DNA from: Leucoraja ocellata
Taxonomy: Eukaryota
Length of the DNA: 64,000 nt
Assembly: GCA_036785375.1 (NCBI GenBank)
Contig: JAWMAR010000780.1
Location: 1 to 64,000 of the forward strand
Direction: 5' to 3'
The translations under genes were made by a program, and so were the position numbers. Shown here one piece after another: positions 1-12,700 of this stretch (positions are counted from its first letter, which is position 1; each line of letters opens with the position of its first letter). The notes beneath the pieces are model-generated. The model was not told where the DNA came from, ran no database searches, and was given only the letters and a program-made list of their open reading frames with translations.

Positions 1-1261
1 CCCCTCCCTCCCTCCCTCCCAATCTGTTCCTTCTCTGACCTTGAAACTCCAAAACTGTTTGAACTTGGCAGCCTCAGGGAGGCTGTCTGTGCCATTGTAT
101 GTTCTGTGTGCTATCTACAAATTAGGCTCCTGTAGCAACCAGTGCTGCCATTCTAGCCTCACTGTGGGAAGGGGTGAATTTGATCTGGATGGATGCAGCT
201 GGTGATTTCAGATGGATTAGTCGGGCAGTGGTGAGCAGACTCTGCCAGGGACAACTGCCAGCTCCTTGTACACTGGGTTAGGGGGATGGCATGAATGCTA
301 GTCTGTTGTCAGTGTGGACCATGAGGTCCAGAGTGGATCATCTTTATCACAGAGCCTTGGTGTACCTGGGTCCAGCCATCTCACTCAAGTTTCTGGCATC
401 TGTTCTGCTGTCATTCTCTTGCGCCCAAAATGGTCCCAGATACGAAATGCCAAGATCATTAATTTTGGGGATTTTCTGTAGCGCTGTCACCTGGAGCAGA
501 TGACCCAGTGCATCATACTATTCCTGTCTTCATACTTGGATACTGAAAGCAGCAGTGCGCTTACTGCAGGCTCAGTATGTCACAGGAATCGGAGCAATGG
601 ATCAGTCCAGCATGACAACACTTACTTATCATTGGCTCTGCAAACTGTTTAATGCCATAGCCAGTCATTAGTGGGTTCCTGCTGGGCAGTATGTGGCGCT
701 GATGGATTCTGTAGTTCAGGCCTGCCCTGGCGATTTAATCTGAACGTAGACCAAAGTGCTGAAGAAACTCAGCGGGTGCGGCAGCATCTATGGAACTCCC
801 GCACCTGCTGAGTTTCTCCAGCACTTTTGTCTACCTTCGATTTTCCAGCATCTGCAGTTCCTTCTTAAACATATAATCTGAACACCAGGTTTAACGAACA
901 ATCCATACTCCCTCCTTCCCAACACGTTTGATTGGAAATAGCAAAAACAAAACTAAAAGCATTGACCTTTTTGAAGGTCTAGGCTTTGGTATGTGAACTT
1001 CTGACTAACTATTCTGCTCTCACCTGCACAGTTGGAGAGAGAGAGGTTAGCAGAAATTAGGTCAAAAAGCCAATGGCAGATCGCTTCTTAAAGTCCCCGT
1101 TGGTGCTGTTTCGGGCATCACCTGTGGGCAGTCATTGCCTAACATCTCCTACCACGCCTTATGCCTACTGTTCAGCAAAGTATGACGTGGTCCAGCTGAT
1201 CTCCCACGGTTCAGGTGGACTGTTTACTGGCTGAATCCCTGCTTAAATAGTTCCAATACCA

Positions 1262-2428
1262 CTAGGAATGGACCTTTGAACTGGGATTTCCGATGAGATA
1301 AACAAACCCTGCATTTAGATACTGAGATCATTTAACAGACAAACGAGGCAAGTCTCTGCAACCTTCTGCTGAGAGTTTGGAACAGATCTCACACCCAGTG
1401 TCCAGTCCAGCCTTGATCAAAAACAAAGCAAAAAACATTGAACTTTTTTTGTGGATTTAGTGTTTTTGTGTTGATTGCTGTCCAAAGTACGTCACCAGCT
1501 CAACTGAATGGTTTACACAAGGTTAATAAGTCTTTTGTACACATATCCCTGGTATGTTAGTCACAAGGTGTTTGGAGAATGTCGTTCATGATGCAGCCAT
1601 TGAGCTGTGGAGCCCGGTGAATGTCGATGGGTGGAATGAGGAGGATTTGAAGGGAAGACAGAGGTTGTGGGAATGGAGCGAGATGTCAAGGACATCGAAG
1701 GAGGAAGAGTCATATTCTTACCCTCAAAGTTTCTCTGAGTTATTGAACTTGATTCACCGCTGGACAATATTGGGAGCTAATATCAAGGCTGTCAGCAACC
1801 TTGTCATACCATGACTTTGGGCTGACCTGCTTTTACAGAGGGTGTGTGGCAATTAATACATCGCATCTCTCTGTTTGCAGTATCCCCGTACACAGACGTA
1901 CCTCCTCTTCAATAGATGCTCCTTGCTCTCGATTGCCAGAACCTCCCTTGTGCCCCTTTCCCAATTACATGACACTTGACAGCAGCACCAGGTCTGAGGT
2001 GGTTACAGCCCAGACTCTCAGTCTGACACCTCGCCAGGATCTGTGCATCTCCAGCAATGGGGTCAGAGTCGTACAACACAGAACCCCTTCAGCCTGCCAA
2101 GGCCATGCTGTTCTTTTTGTGCATTTCCATTCATCCAATTTGTTGGCATTAGATGCATACCTTGATCCACAGCAGTAAGATTCCATTCAGTTGAGCTGGT
2201 GATGTACTTTAGACAGCAATCAACACAAAAACACTAAATCCACAAAAGAAACTCCATGTTTTTAGCTTTGTTTTTGATCAAGGCTGACTAGACACTGGGT
2301 GCGAGATCTGTTCCAAACTCTCAGCAGAAGGTTGCAGGAACTCACCTTGTTTGTCTGTTAATGATCTCAGTATCTTAATGCAGGGTTTGTTCATCTCATT
2401 GGAAATCCTAGTTCAAAGTCGTTCCTAG
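1262..2428. repeat. About 250-bp inverted repeat pair around a 670-bp spacer
   Basis: 1262-1511 is the diverged reverse complement of 2182-2428 (e.g. gcaaccttctgctgagagtttggaacagatctc versus gagatctgttccaaactctcagcagaaggttgc). Confidence 0.9.
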
Positions 2429-3737
2429 GTCCTTGGGAGTTCCTAGAATTAAACCTACTGAAGATAAATGACCACCTATATATTTCCAAGTAAGGATGAT
2501 GAATGACTTGGAAGGTAGCTACAGGGAATGATTGTCCTTGTACCAACTGCCCTTGTCTTTGGTGGCTGAGCTTATAGGTTTGAGATGTGGAGTCAGAGGC
2601 ACCTAAACAAGGAACTGCAGTGCATTTTGTAGAAATGCCACAGATGACAACCATGGTGTGTTGGTGAAGAAGAGAATGAATCTTTCGAGTCATTGTGGTT
2701 TGTTCTGCTTGGTGTTGAGCTTTGAGAAATTTGGGGCAGATTCCATCCTGGACTCCATCCTCCATAACTGGAGCGTATTCCACCACACTTCTGCTCCTCC
2801 CTCACTCCCTGACATCTTCTGTCCCAACTGGCAGAGTGGGCAAGCTCCAAGTCCCAGTAACCTTCCCTCCCTCCTGTCTCCCTGCATCAATAATTCACAG
2901 CACAGCTCGCAAGGTGATCTGATCCCGTCTCTGAATTATTCACTTGGTTGCTCGCCTTGGTGAGGGGGGAAGGGGGGGGGTGGCTTCCATTTAAATCCTT
3001 CCTCTGGCTTCACTTTTTATCTCGCTGCCTTCTGTCTTTTTCATCTCTAAGCTTTGTCCACCCAACAACCAACACAACCCCTCTCAACTGTATCCTCCTA
3101 TCGCTTGCCAGGCTTGAATAAAGCCTGCCCCCATTTCCTTTACGTTCCGTGAGCACCTGTGTAAGTCCGATTTTACAAGTCGGAATCATCATCCCTATCT
3201 CCTGCCCGAAATAACGCACTGAGTCTGAAGAAGGGTCTCGACCCAAAACACCACTTGTCCAGCTTCTCCAGTGATGCTTGCTGAGTTACCCCAGCACTTT
3301 GTGTCCATCACTGGGGGCATTAACTCTCTCAACTGCACCCAGGGGCACTTTCTGCAGCACGAGGCCTTCTGGGTAAGCACTGCCGCCATTGCCGGCTTGT
3401 TTCCAATATAAACTTGAGTGATCATTGTGTTGTGGAAATTACAAACTGCCTTGATTGCACTGAGTACAGAATTTTTAACGTATGTGCGCGTTTACGTAAC
3501 AGACAATGGAGGACTCGGTGTGTGGGGAGGAGGGGGGGGACAAAGGGGGACCTGGCATGGGGTGTGATTTGTAACTTTGTAAGCAACCTTTATGGGTGAC
3601 TATTTGCAAACCTTGGTTATGCAAGCAAAGAATTCAATTCAATGTAAGTTGCCTATTGCGCAAGTTTGGTTGTATCTGTATTTGCATCTCATCTGTTGTT
3701 GACTCAGTGGTGACCTCCTTCTCCCACTCCATTCCAG

Positions 3738-6700
3738 CGAGCAGCCGATCTTCACCAGCAAAGCTCATGTCTTCCAGATCGACCCCACCACCAAGAGGAA
3801 CTGGCTGCCCTCCGGCAAATACCCGCTCACCGTCTCATACTTCTACGATGGATCGAGGAACAGTTATCGCATCATCAGCGTGGACGGAGCCAAGGTCAGG
3901 GGTCAGAGGCAACAAGGGGCCATGGGTTGGCGGCATGGCGGGTGGCTGGACTGGGAAAACGGGTGGGAGAATGTGGAGAGATGGAGAATGGGGGCGAGGG
4001 TGGGGGAGAATCAACAGGGCTGAGGAGGCAGGACAGAGGCACACAAACTGAGAGATGCTTTCACCTGCAGTTGATGTCTGAGTGGACAGGTTTGGTAACA
4101 GCTGGAGGAAAGTGGCAGAGGTTGGAGGAGGGGTGGTTGCTGCATTGGGGGCACGCCCAATAGAAGTGGGGCCTGCAAGGGGGGGGGGGGGGGGGGAGAA
4201 GGATTGGACTTGAGTGTAAAGGGAAAGACAGAGGAACAACAGGGGTCAAGGGACATTGGGAGTGAGGTTAAGGGGCCATAGAGGGGTGGGACAAGGTGCG
4301 TAAAGTCCAGAGTGAGGATGAATGATCTGGAAGGATGAGAGTGGCCTTGGAGGTTGAGACAGAGGGTGGGTAATAGGCCAGGTCCAGGGCAGGTGGGAGG
4401 CTCCGTAGAATGAAAGAGGCCTGAGTTGTGGCATTGGAAGCAACAGCGGGGGTAGAATGACGGTGATGCTGAGGATAGTGTTGAAGGAACCCGGGAGAGG
4501 CTTTTACCTTGAATGCAATTGGACTGGATGGCTAGGAATAAGGTATCTTTTGCTGTGTTGCCATGGTTACATCATTTTGCATGCTGATATCTCGGAGCTA
4601 AAACAGGCTCTGAAGTGTGTGTGATTTTTGTGGGGGTGTCACAGACCATGGATATAATCTCAGAACAAACATTTCACGCTAAGCCTCTACTGCTTATTGA
4701 CTGCATTCCCTTTACTATGACAATAGACAATAGGTGCAGGAGTAGGCCATTTGGCCCTTCGAGCAAGCACCACCATTCAATGTGATCATGGCTGATCATC
4801 CCCAATCAGTACCCCGTTCCTGCCTTCTCCCCATATCCCCTGAATCCCCTATCTAGCTCTCTCTTGAAAGCATCCAGAGAACCTGCCTCCACCGCCCTCT
4901 GAGGCAGAGAATTTAACAGGTTAGAGTGCGAAAGTGGGCCTTTCAGCCCATCAAATCAATACCAGCCATATCCTTTACCACACCCCTGCAAATCCTCTCC
5001 TTGCTAAGACTAATCAGCTCCTTCTGGGACACTATATTTGGACCCACCTCTCTGTGGCAGATTCCAGACTCCAACAAGTCAAGTTTATAATCATATGCAT
5101 AAGTACAGTGAGGTACAGGTAAATGAAAATCAAGCTTGCAGCAGCATTACTGGCATATAGACTCGGACCACACAATACACATAAATTAAATATCATTTAC
5201 ACCATTTCTGTAAGACATTTTTGAAAGAAACTCGTTTCAACCAACGTCTTGTTTTTTTGCATAATTATTTTCAAACACTGTGGTTGTGCAACAGATCGCC
5301 CATAGTGTTCTGTTGCTGAGATAGGATTAATGTTGTGCAAACCAGTCAAAACCGAATGGTAGTAGGGATGTAGTTGTTCCTGGTGATGTGGAACTTCAGG
5401 CATCTTGCAGTGGTGTTGGTTTATTATTGCCATGTGTATTGAGATACAGTGGAATAACTTTGTTTTGCATGTTATCTTGGCATATCATGCCATGCATGAG
5501 CACAAGTGGTAGAGCAGAAGTGAAAATAAATAAGAGTATAAAATATATGGGGGGAGATTAGCCCAGCTGGTGGATCTACTGCCTCGCAGATCAATCCTGA
5601 CCTCGGGTGCTATCTGTGACGTCTGCCTGTTCTCCCTGTGACCACGTGTATTTTTGCCGGGAGTCATAGAGTGATACAATGTGGAAACAGGCCCTTCAGC
5701 CCAACTTGCCCATACCGGCCAACATGTCCCAGCTACGCTAGTTCCACTGGTCCATATCCTATCCATGTACCTTGTCTAACTGTTTCTTAAACGTTGGGAT
5801 ACTTCCAGCCTCAACTACCTCCTCTGGCAGCTTGTTCCATACACCCACCATCCTTTGTGTGAAACAGTTACCCCTCAGATTGCTATATAATCTTTCCCCC
5901 TTCACCATAAACCTGTGTGCTCTGGTCCTCGATTCTCCCTCTGGACAAAAGATTCTGTGTATCTACCCAATTTATTCCTCTCATGATTTTATACATCTCT
6001 AAAAGATCACCCCTCATCCTCCTGCACTCCAAGGAATAGAAATCAGCCTACTTGACCTCTCCCCATAGCTCAGTAGAGAGAATGATGGAGTTATGAGCGA
6101 TCTTTGCTAATGTATTCTGAGGTCACATGAACTATATTATCCATGGCATTAACATAAATGACAAGAACAGTGGATGGTACCAATCCCTGGGGCATATTGT
6201 TGGCCACAAGCCTCCAATCCGGAAAACAATCCATCACTACCATCTTCTGGCTTTTTCCACCAAGACAATGTTGTATTTAATTGGCTAGCTCACCCTGGAT
6301 CCCATGTGATCTAACCTTTTAGACCAGCCTACCATGTGAGATCCTGTCAAAAGCCTTGCTGTAGACCTGCCCTCATCATTGAGACACAACACAAGCTAGT
6401 CCCATTTGGCCCATATCCCTCCAAACCTTTCCTATCTATGTACCTTCCAAATGTCTTTTAAATGTTGTTATTGTACCTGCCTCAACTCTCTCCTCTGACA
6501 GTGCATCCCATACACCCACCAACCTCTGTCTGAATTAGAACAGGATCAATTATTTTGGTCACTGTTTTTAAAAATAAAACCAAAGTCATGAGGCACAATT
6601 TCCTACACAGAAAGCCATGTTGAATGCCCCCCTAATCAGTCCTTGTTGTTCCAAATGCACAAAGTTCCTGTCTCTCAGATTCCCCTCCAGTAACTTGCCC

Positions 6701-9700
6701 ACCATGGAAGTAAGACTCACCAGTCTGCAGCTCCCACACATTTCCTTACAGCCCTTCTTAAATAAAGGGGCACTATTAGCCAATTTCCAGTCTTACAGAA
6801 CTTCTTGTGGCTAAACAAATGTAAATATCTCTGCTAGGCCTCGACCTTCCCACAATGTTCCAGGTTGGTGCACCAGGGATTCATCCATCATTATGTGCTT
6901 TAAGACTTCCAGCACCAAAGATCACAGAGCTCCACTCTATAATCTTTGGCCAGCACCACCTTTTTATAATGTGGACACGTTTCAAGACACAATCACAATA
7001 CACTTCCCTGGATTCCATTCCTTCCACGACCTTCACTGCAGTAAATACTGATGAGAAATATCCATTTAAAACCTTGCCCATTTCCAGTGGCTCCAGAAAG
7101 ATGAGAGGGGAAAGATTTGAAAGAAACCGGAGAGGTAATTTCTTCACACAGATGGTAGTTTGCATGTAGAATGAGCTGCCAAAAGAACATGTAGACGCAG
7201 GTATGTTGTCGACATTTAAACAGGTGCATGTCTGTATGACTCTGAGGCGTGGATGTATACTATGCACCTATTTGTTCCCCTTGCATTTTGCTTTTAAAGT
7301 ATTTAATTTTTTTTGGCGTCTCCACTGCCTTATCTGACAAATATGTACCCTCTTTTCTAACTCTTAAGCATATTCATACAATCCCTATACTCAAGGGTGT
7401 TGGCCACATGAGCATAGTGGCCAATATTTAGCAGTGCACCTTTTTCCTCATTAGAGCTTCAATGTCATCAACCAAGGTTCTCAAATCCTGCTACTCTGGC
7501 AGTTGCATGCTGGCCCTGAATTCCCCCTAGCTCACTCTTAAAAGTCTCCCTCTAGCCAGAATTTTTATAACCTTCTAATGGCCTAAAAAAACAACCTGTT
7601 CCATTCAAATGCCATCAAAATTAGCTCCTCAAAAGAATTGTCAGATTTATGTGATGTGATTTTCCCCATCGCAAAGCCATGCTGACTATCCCTTATCAGT
7701 CCCTGTCTTTCCAAATGTATGTATATCCTGTCAGTTAGAAATTTCTCCCCAATAATTTCACCACTGGCCTGTAGTGACCCAGCCTGCTGCCTTTAAATAA
7801 AGAAAAGACTATCCTAGACTGGGTATAGATGGGATTTACTCATCTTGTCACGTGGCCCATTAAGGAAGAATGACCATAATATGACAGACTGGAAAGTGTA
7901 GAAGTTCAATCCAAAACTAGGATCCTAAATATAAACAGAGGGAAGTACAGATGAATGAATTGGCTGTGATGGGGGTTGGGAGGTTCACTGGAAAGTAATG
8001 ACAGTGGAAGAGCAATAATTAATGTTTAAGGAATCAATGCAGGAACTGAAACAGTCATACATTCCTGACTGGTATTGAAAATATTTTTAAATAACTCAAC
8101 CATGCTGAACAAAAGTAGTTAATGATAGTGTGTAAGGAGGAACTGCAGATGCTGGATTAGTATTGGATCTAATCAGGAGTGAGACCTGATTGCCGAACAA
8201 AGGAGAAAGTGAGCCTCAGGTAGTTTAGATTTCAGCAAAGGACGGAGAAACTGTTCCATAAAATAAAAATACTGTATAAAAGTAGCAGGGAACATAAAAG
8301 TGGATGTATACGGTTTGAAAAAAATGAAGGGGAATAAGGGAGTGACAGAGCAATTAAATATATACAATAGTTCTAGCACCATGGAAAAGGAAGTAACCAA
8401 CCTTACGGAGATGTTATTGAATAAGAATCTAATCAAGCTGATGAAATGGAGGAAATTGTATTAATAAGTGTATGAGTCTTAAAGCTGATAAACCCCCAGA
8501 CCCTGATGATCTACATCCCAGAAAACAGAAGGAGGCAGGGTGGTGGTGTGGATGAGGAATTCTATAGATTCTGGAACAGTCCCCACTGTTTGATGGCTGG
8601 CAAATGTAATGGACCAATGTGGGAGGAAACCCCCACAGGCACTGGGAGACTATACATAGACAGCACCAAAGGTCAGAAATGAACTCGGCTCCTGGATTAT
8701 GAGAGAGTGGCGCTACTTATTACCTGCTGCAGCTGTTGTAAGGGAAGGATGTATAATGTAAGTGGTGTTAGATTGGGAAGCATTGATGGACAGACCTTGT
8801 TTACCAGACTCGAGAAGCAAACGTAGGTATAGTAAGTAGTTAAATAGGGAACAGATATTTCGGCCTTCACTGCAAGGTGACTTGAGTCCAGGAGCAAGGA
8901 CATCTCACAATCTCACCAAGATCTCTGGTATAGTACTCAGTTTTGGTTAGCTCACCTAAGACAGGAAATACTGCCACAGAGAGATTGCCCAGAAGGTTCT
9001 GACTCCTGGGATGGCAGCATTGTAGCTCTGAGCAGAGACAGAACTGATTGGGTTTATATTCACAGGAGTTAAGAATGAAGGGGAATCTGATTGAAAATTA
9101 CAAAATCCATTAAAAACATTTTAAAGATATTTTGACAGGTACATGGATAGAAATGGTTTAGAGGGATATAGTCCAAAGGTGGCAGGTGGGACTAGCATAG
9201 ATGGGGCATTTTGGTCAATATGGGCAAGTTGTGCTGAAGGGCTTGATTCCGTGCGGTATAACTCTATTCTGTGTGGCCATGACAGAGAGGGAGGAGGAGA
9301 GAAGATCTTTCCCCTGGTTGGGTGTCTAGAACAAGGGGTGTGTGGCGGGTTATGGGCCTGTGGGGGGGGGGGGGGGGGCATGAGGTGAGGTGTGGAGACT
9401 GTCTTTGTGAGAAGGATAAAGCTATTGAATAAGAGCCGAGTGCGTGTTCCTGCAGGTGGTCGTGAACAGCACCGTCACCCCCAACATGACCTTCAGCAAA
9501 ACCTCACAGAAGTTCGGCCAGTGGGCAGACAGCAGAGCGAACACCGTCTTCGGTCTGGGCTTCCCCTCAGAGCTGCAGCTGAGCAAGGTGGGCCCGAGGG
9601 AGGAGGGGTGCACGGGGGGTGGGGTGGGGGGGAATAGAGGGGAGGGAGGAGGATTACGAGAGAGGGGGGGGGGTGGTGGAGGTTGTGGGGGGGAGGGAAT

Positions 9701-12700
9701 CGCAGAAGGTGGGTGCGAGGGGCCTCTGATCCTTCAACTAACCTCGTGCTGGGCGTGGTGTCTGCACCCCCCCCTCCCCCTCCCCCATCACTGTGTTACA
9801 GTTCGCCGAGAAGTTTGAGGAGGTGAAGGAGGCGGCGAGGTTGGCGAGGGACCGCTCACAGGAGACGACAGAGAGTTGCAGCACCCACTCCCAGGTGCCT
9901 GACAGAGCTGGGGGCGGGGAATGCGGGGCTGGTCGGGTCGGGTCGGGTCATGGGCCGAGGAGGGACGGCAATAAGCTCAGTAGCTCCGTGGGCCGGTGAC
10001 AGTCAGTCAGGATTGGCCCCATACCCCTCTCCCCCTGCAGCGATCATGACACAGCATTCTCCCTCCCCCACCCCACCCCCAAATGCACCTCAGTCATTCT
10101 GCTGGAGATCTTTTTGGTTCTGATAACAACCTGCTTTTCTATTTCTCAGGAATGTATCTACCATTACTTGCCTTGGGTTGATCGGCAAGTCTTTGCACTC
10201 GTTCATTGGCCAGTGAGTACAACGGTTTAGCAGCGTTTCTAGTTAAACCTCTGCCCTCGCTGGCCAATCATCTACCTGGCGACCCGTGACTTTATCGCTA
10301 GTCCCGTCCCTCCACGGGCCGTCACTCTCTCCCTCTCTCGCTGCATCCACCACCCAACCACTCCACACTGCCCTCTCTCCGTTTTCAAAGAGGGGCTCTT
10401 ACTCCAGTAGCCTCAGCGAGGAACTGGGTGCCTGGGACGCGCCGGGCATGACAGTCCCACCCATTCTGCAGCTTCACGGGCACATTAACACAACAACACA
10501 AGGTAACAAGACCAGAAGACTGAAGGATATGTTCCTGAGTTGTGGTTTCACCGGTTCTACACTGTTTATTTCAGGAGTCCAGTCATGAGGCCCCAACCTC
10601 ACCACAAGCATCGAGTGTGAATGGAACCAACGATGAGAAAGGCGATGGCCCGTCCACCATTGAATCCCTCCTGAGGAGTAACAACCACCGGATCAAGTGA
10701 GCCTGCAGAGAGAGGGGGGGGGGGGGGGGGGGGGGGTGTAGAGCAGGGACTTCGCTGTCCACCAGCCCCCATCTGGGACTGATGTTTGGCCTCACAACCA
10801 CCTTCGTGAATTTGAGCCTCTACTCAAACTGAGCACCCCAGCAATTGCCAACCACCCCGTCATTGTGAGCAAACGTCAGTGAGTGGATCCGGTTCACAAT
10901 CTGGCACCACACGATGGAGATTAACTGTCACCACTATTGGGGGGCGGTCGGCACAACTCATTCATGCTGACCAGGGTTGCCGGTCTAAGCTTGTCCTGTT
11001 TGCCAGAGTTTGGCCCATATCCCTCTCGATCATTCCTATCCACATATATACCTGTCAAAATATCTTGTACATTTTATTATTGTACCTGCTCCAACTACCT
11101 CCTCTGACAACTTATTCCAAATAAACATCACCCATTATGTGGAAAAAGTTGCCCCTATTAAATCATTCCCCCCTCATCATAAAACGTGACCGTTTGGTGC
11201 TTGATTCCCCTACTCTGGGGGAAAAAGACTGCATTCACCCTATCTATTCCCCTCAGTTTTACACACCCTCTATAAGTTCATCCCTCCCTCTCCTGTACTC
11301 TAAGGAATACATTTCTAGCCTGCCATACCTCTTCCCATAGCTCATACCTCGAGTCCTGGCTCTATCCTGTAAATCTTCAAGTACATTGCACTTGGCATCT
11401 ATCCCATAGTAGGCTGACCAAAGCTTAAAACACATAGTATCCCTTGCCCTCTTTTGTCCCACTGATTTCCTTCCTGGAGGAGTATGCTTCTCGATACTCC
11501 TCCAGGGGTACACTTAATCCCAGCTGTGTATATCTGACCTTTGCCTCCCCTTTCTTGATTAGTGCCTCAATTTCTCTCCTAATCCTGGGCTCCTTACAAT
11601 TACCTGCCTTGCATTTCACTCTATCCAGAACATGCATACCCTGGGCTCTGGCTATAACATTTTTAAAAGCACCCCACCTTCTGGACATTCTTTTGCCAGC
11701 AAACAATCAACTCCAATCAACTTGTGTAGGTTCCTGTCTGATACCATCAGAGTTGGCCTTGGCCTAAATTCGAACTTTTCCATTACTATTTTAAAACAAA
11801 TTGAACTGTGCTCTGGCACTGCCAGTTCAGTCACATGCCTTGCCTTATTTCGCAAGAACACGTCGTGATGGTGAGGGGGGTGGGTGGAGAAGTGGTGGGG
11901 GTGAGATGGGATGGGGCTGATGATGGGAGGATGGTTAGAGGCGGGTTAGCTCAGGGCTGGTTGGTTTGGGACGTGAGGAGTGTGGGGGAAGGGGTGAGGT
12001 TGGTGGAATTGGGAGAGTGGAAGGAGGTGAGGTCAGGAGGGAGGGAAGTGGGGAGGATAGGCGTGGCCGCACAGGGTTGGACGTGGGGACTGAGGGTGGT
12101 GGTACTGGCGGGACCGGGGTCGGTACCGTGGTGCGAGTGGGGGGTTAGGATGGTGGAGCGAGAAAGAAGTGAGGACGGTTGGATGGGGGCGATTAGGACA
12201 GGGATGAAGTATCCGAACCGTGAGGGGAAAGATGAGGATGGACGGCGATGGTGAGGGGGGGGGGGGGGTCGACGTGTGAAGGGGAGGGGTCTCACAAACC
12301 CTGATGATCTCTCCTCACCCCCAGCCCGGTGAAGAAGTGGGAGCAGGAGCTGCGGACTCTGGCCGAGAGCAACGCGCGGCTGGGCGCGGCGCTACAGGAC
12401 TCGGCCGGCACCGCTGACCACTGGAGAAGCCGACTGGAGCACTGCAAGGAGGAGGGCGAGCGGCTGCGGGAGAAGGTGAGGTCCCGGCCCGGGGAAGGCG
12501 AGGGATTCCTGGTCGGGGAGGGGTCCCGGACATGGTGGGGGGGAGGGGGGCGTCAAGATAGCTTGGCCCCTCTGCCCTTCTCCTGGCGGTACTGCGGTGG
12601 CAACATCTACCCGACGGTCTGGGTATGGGATAGTGTTACCCCCAACCCTGTCAGGGGTGGAGGAAGGGAGAAGGCAGGAGAATGGGGTAAGGAAGGAGAT

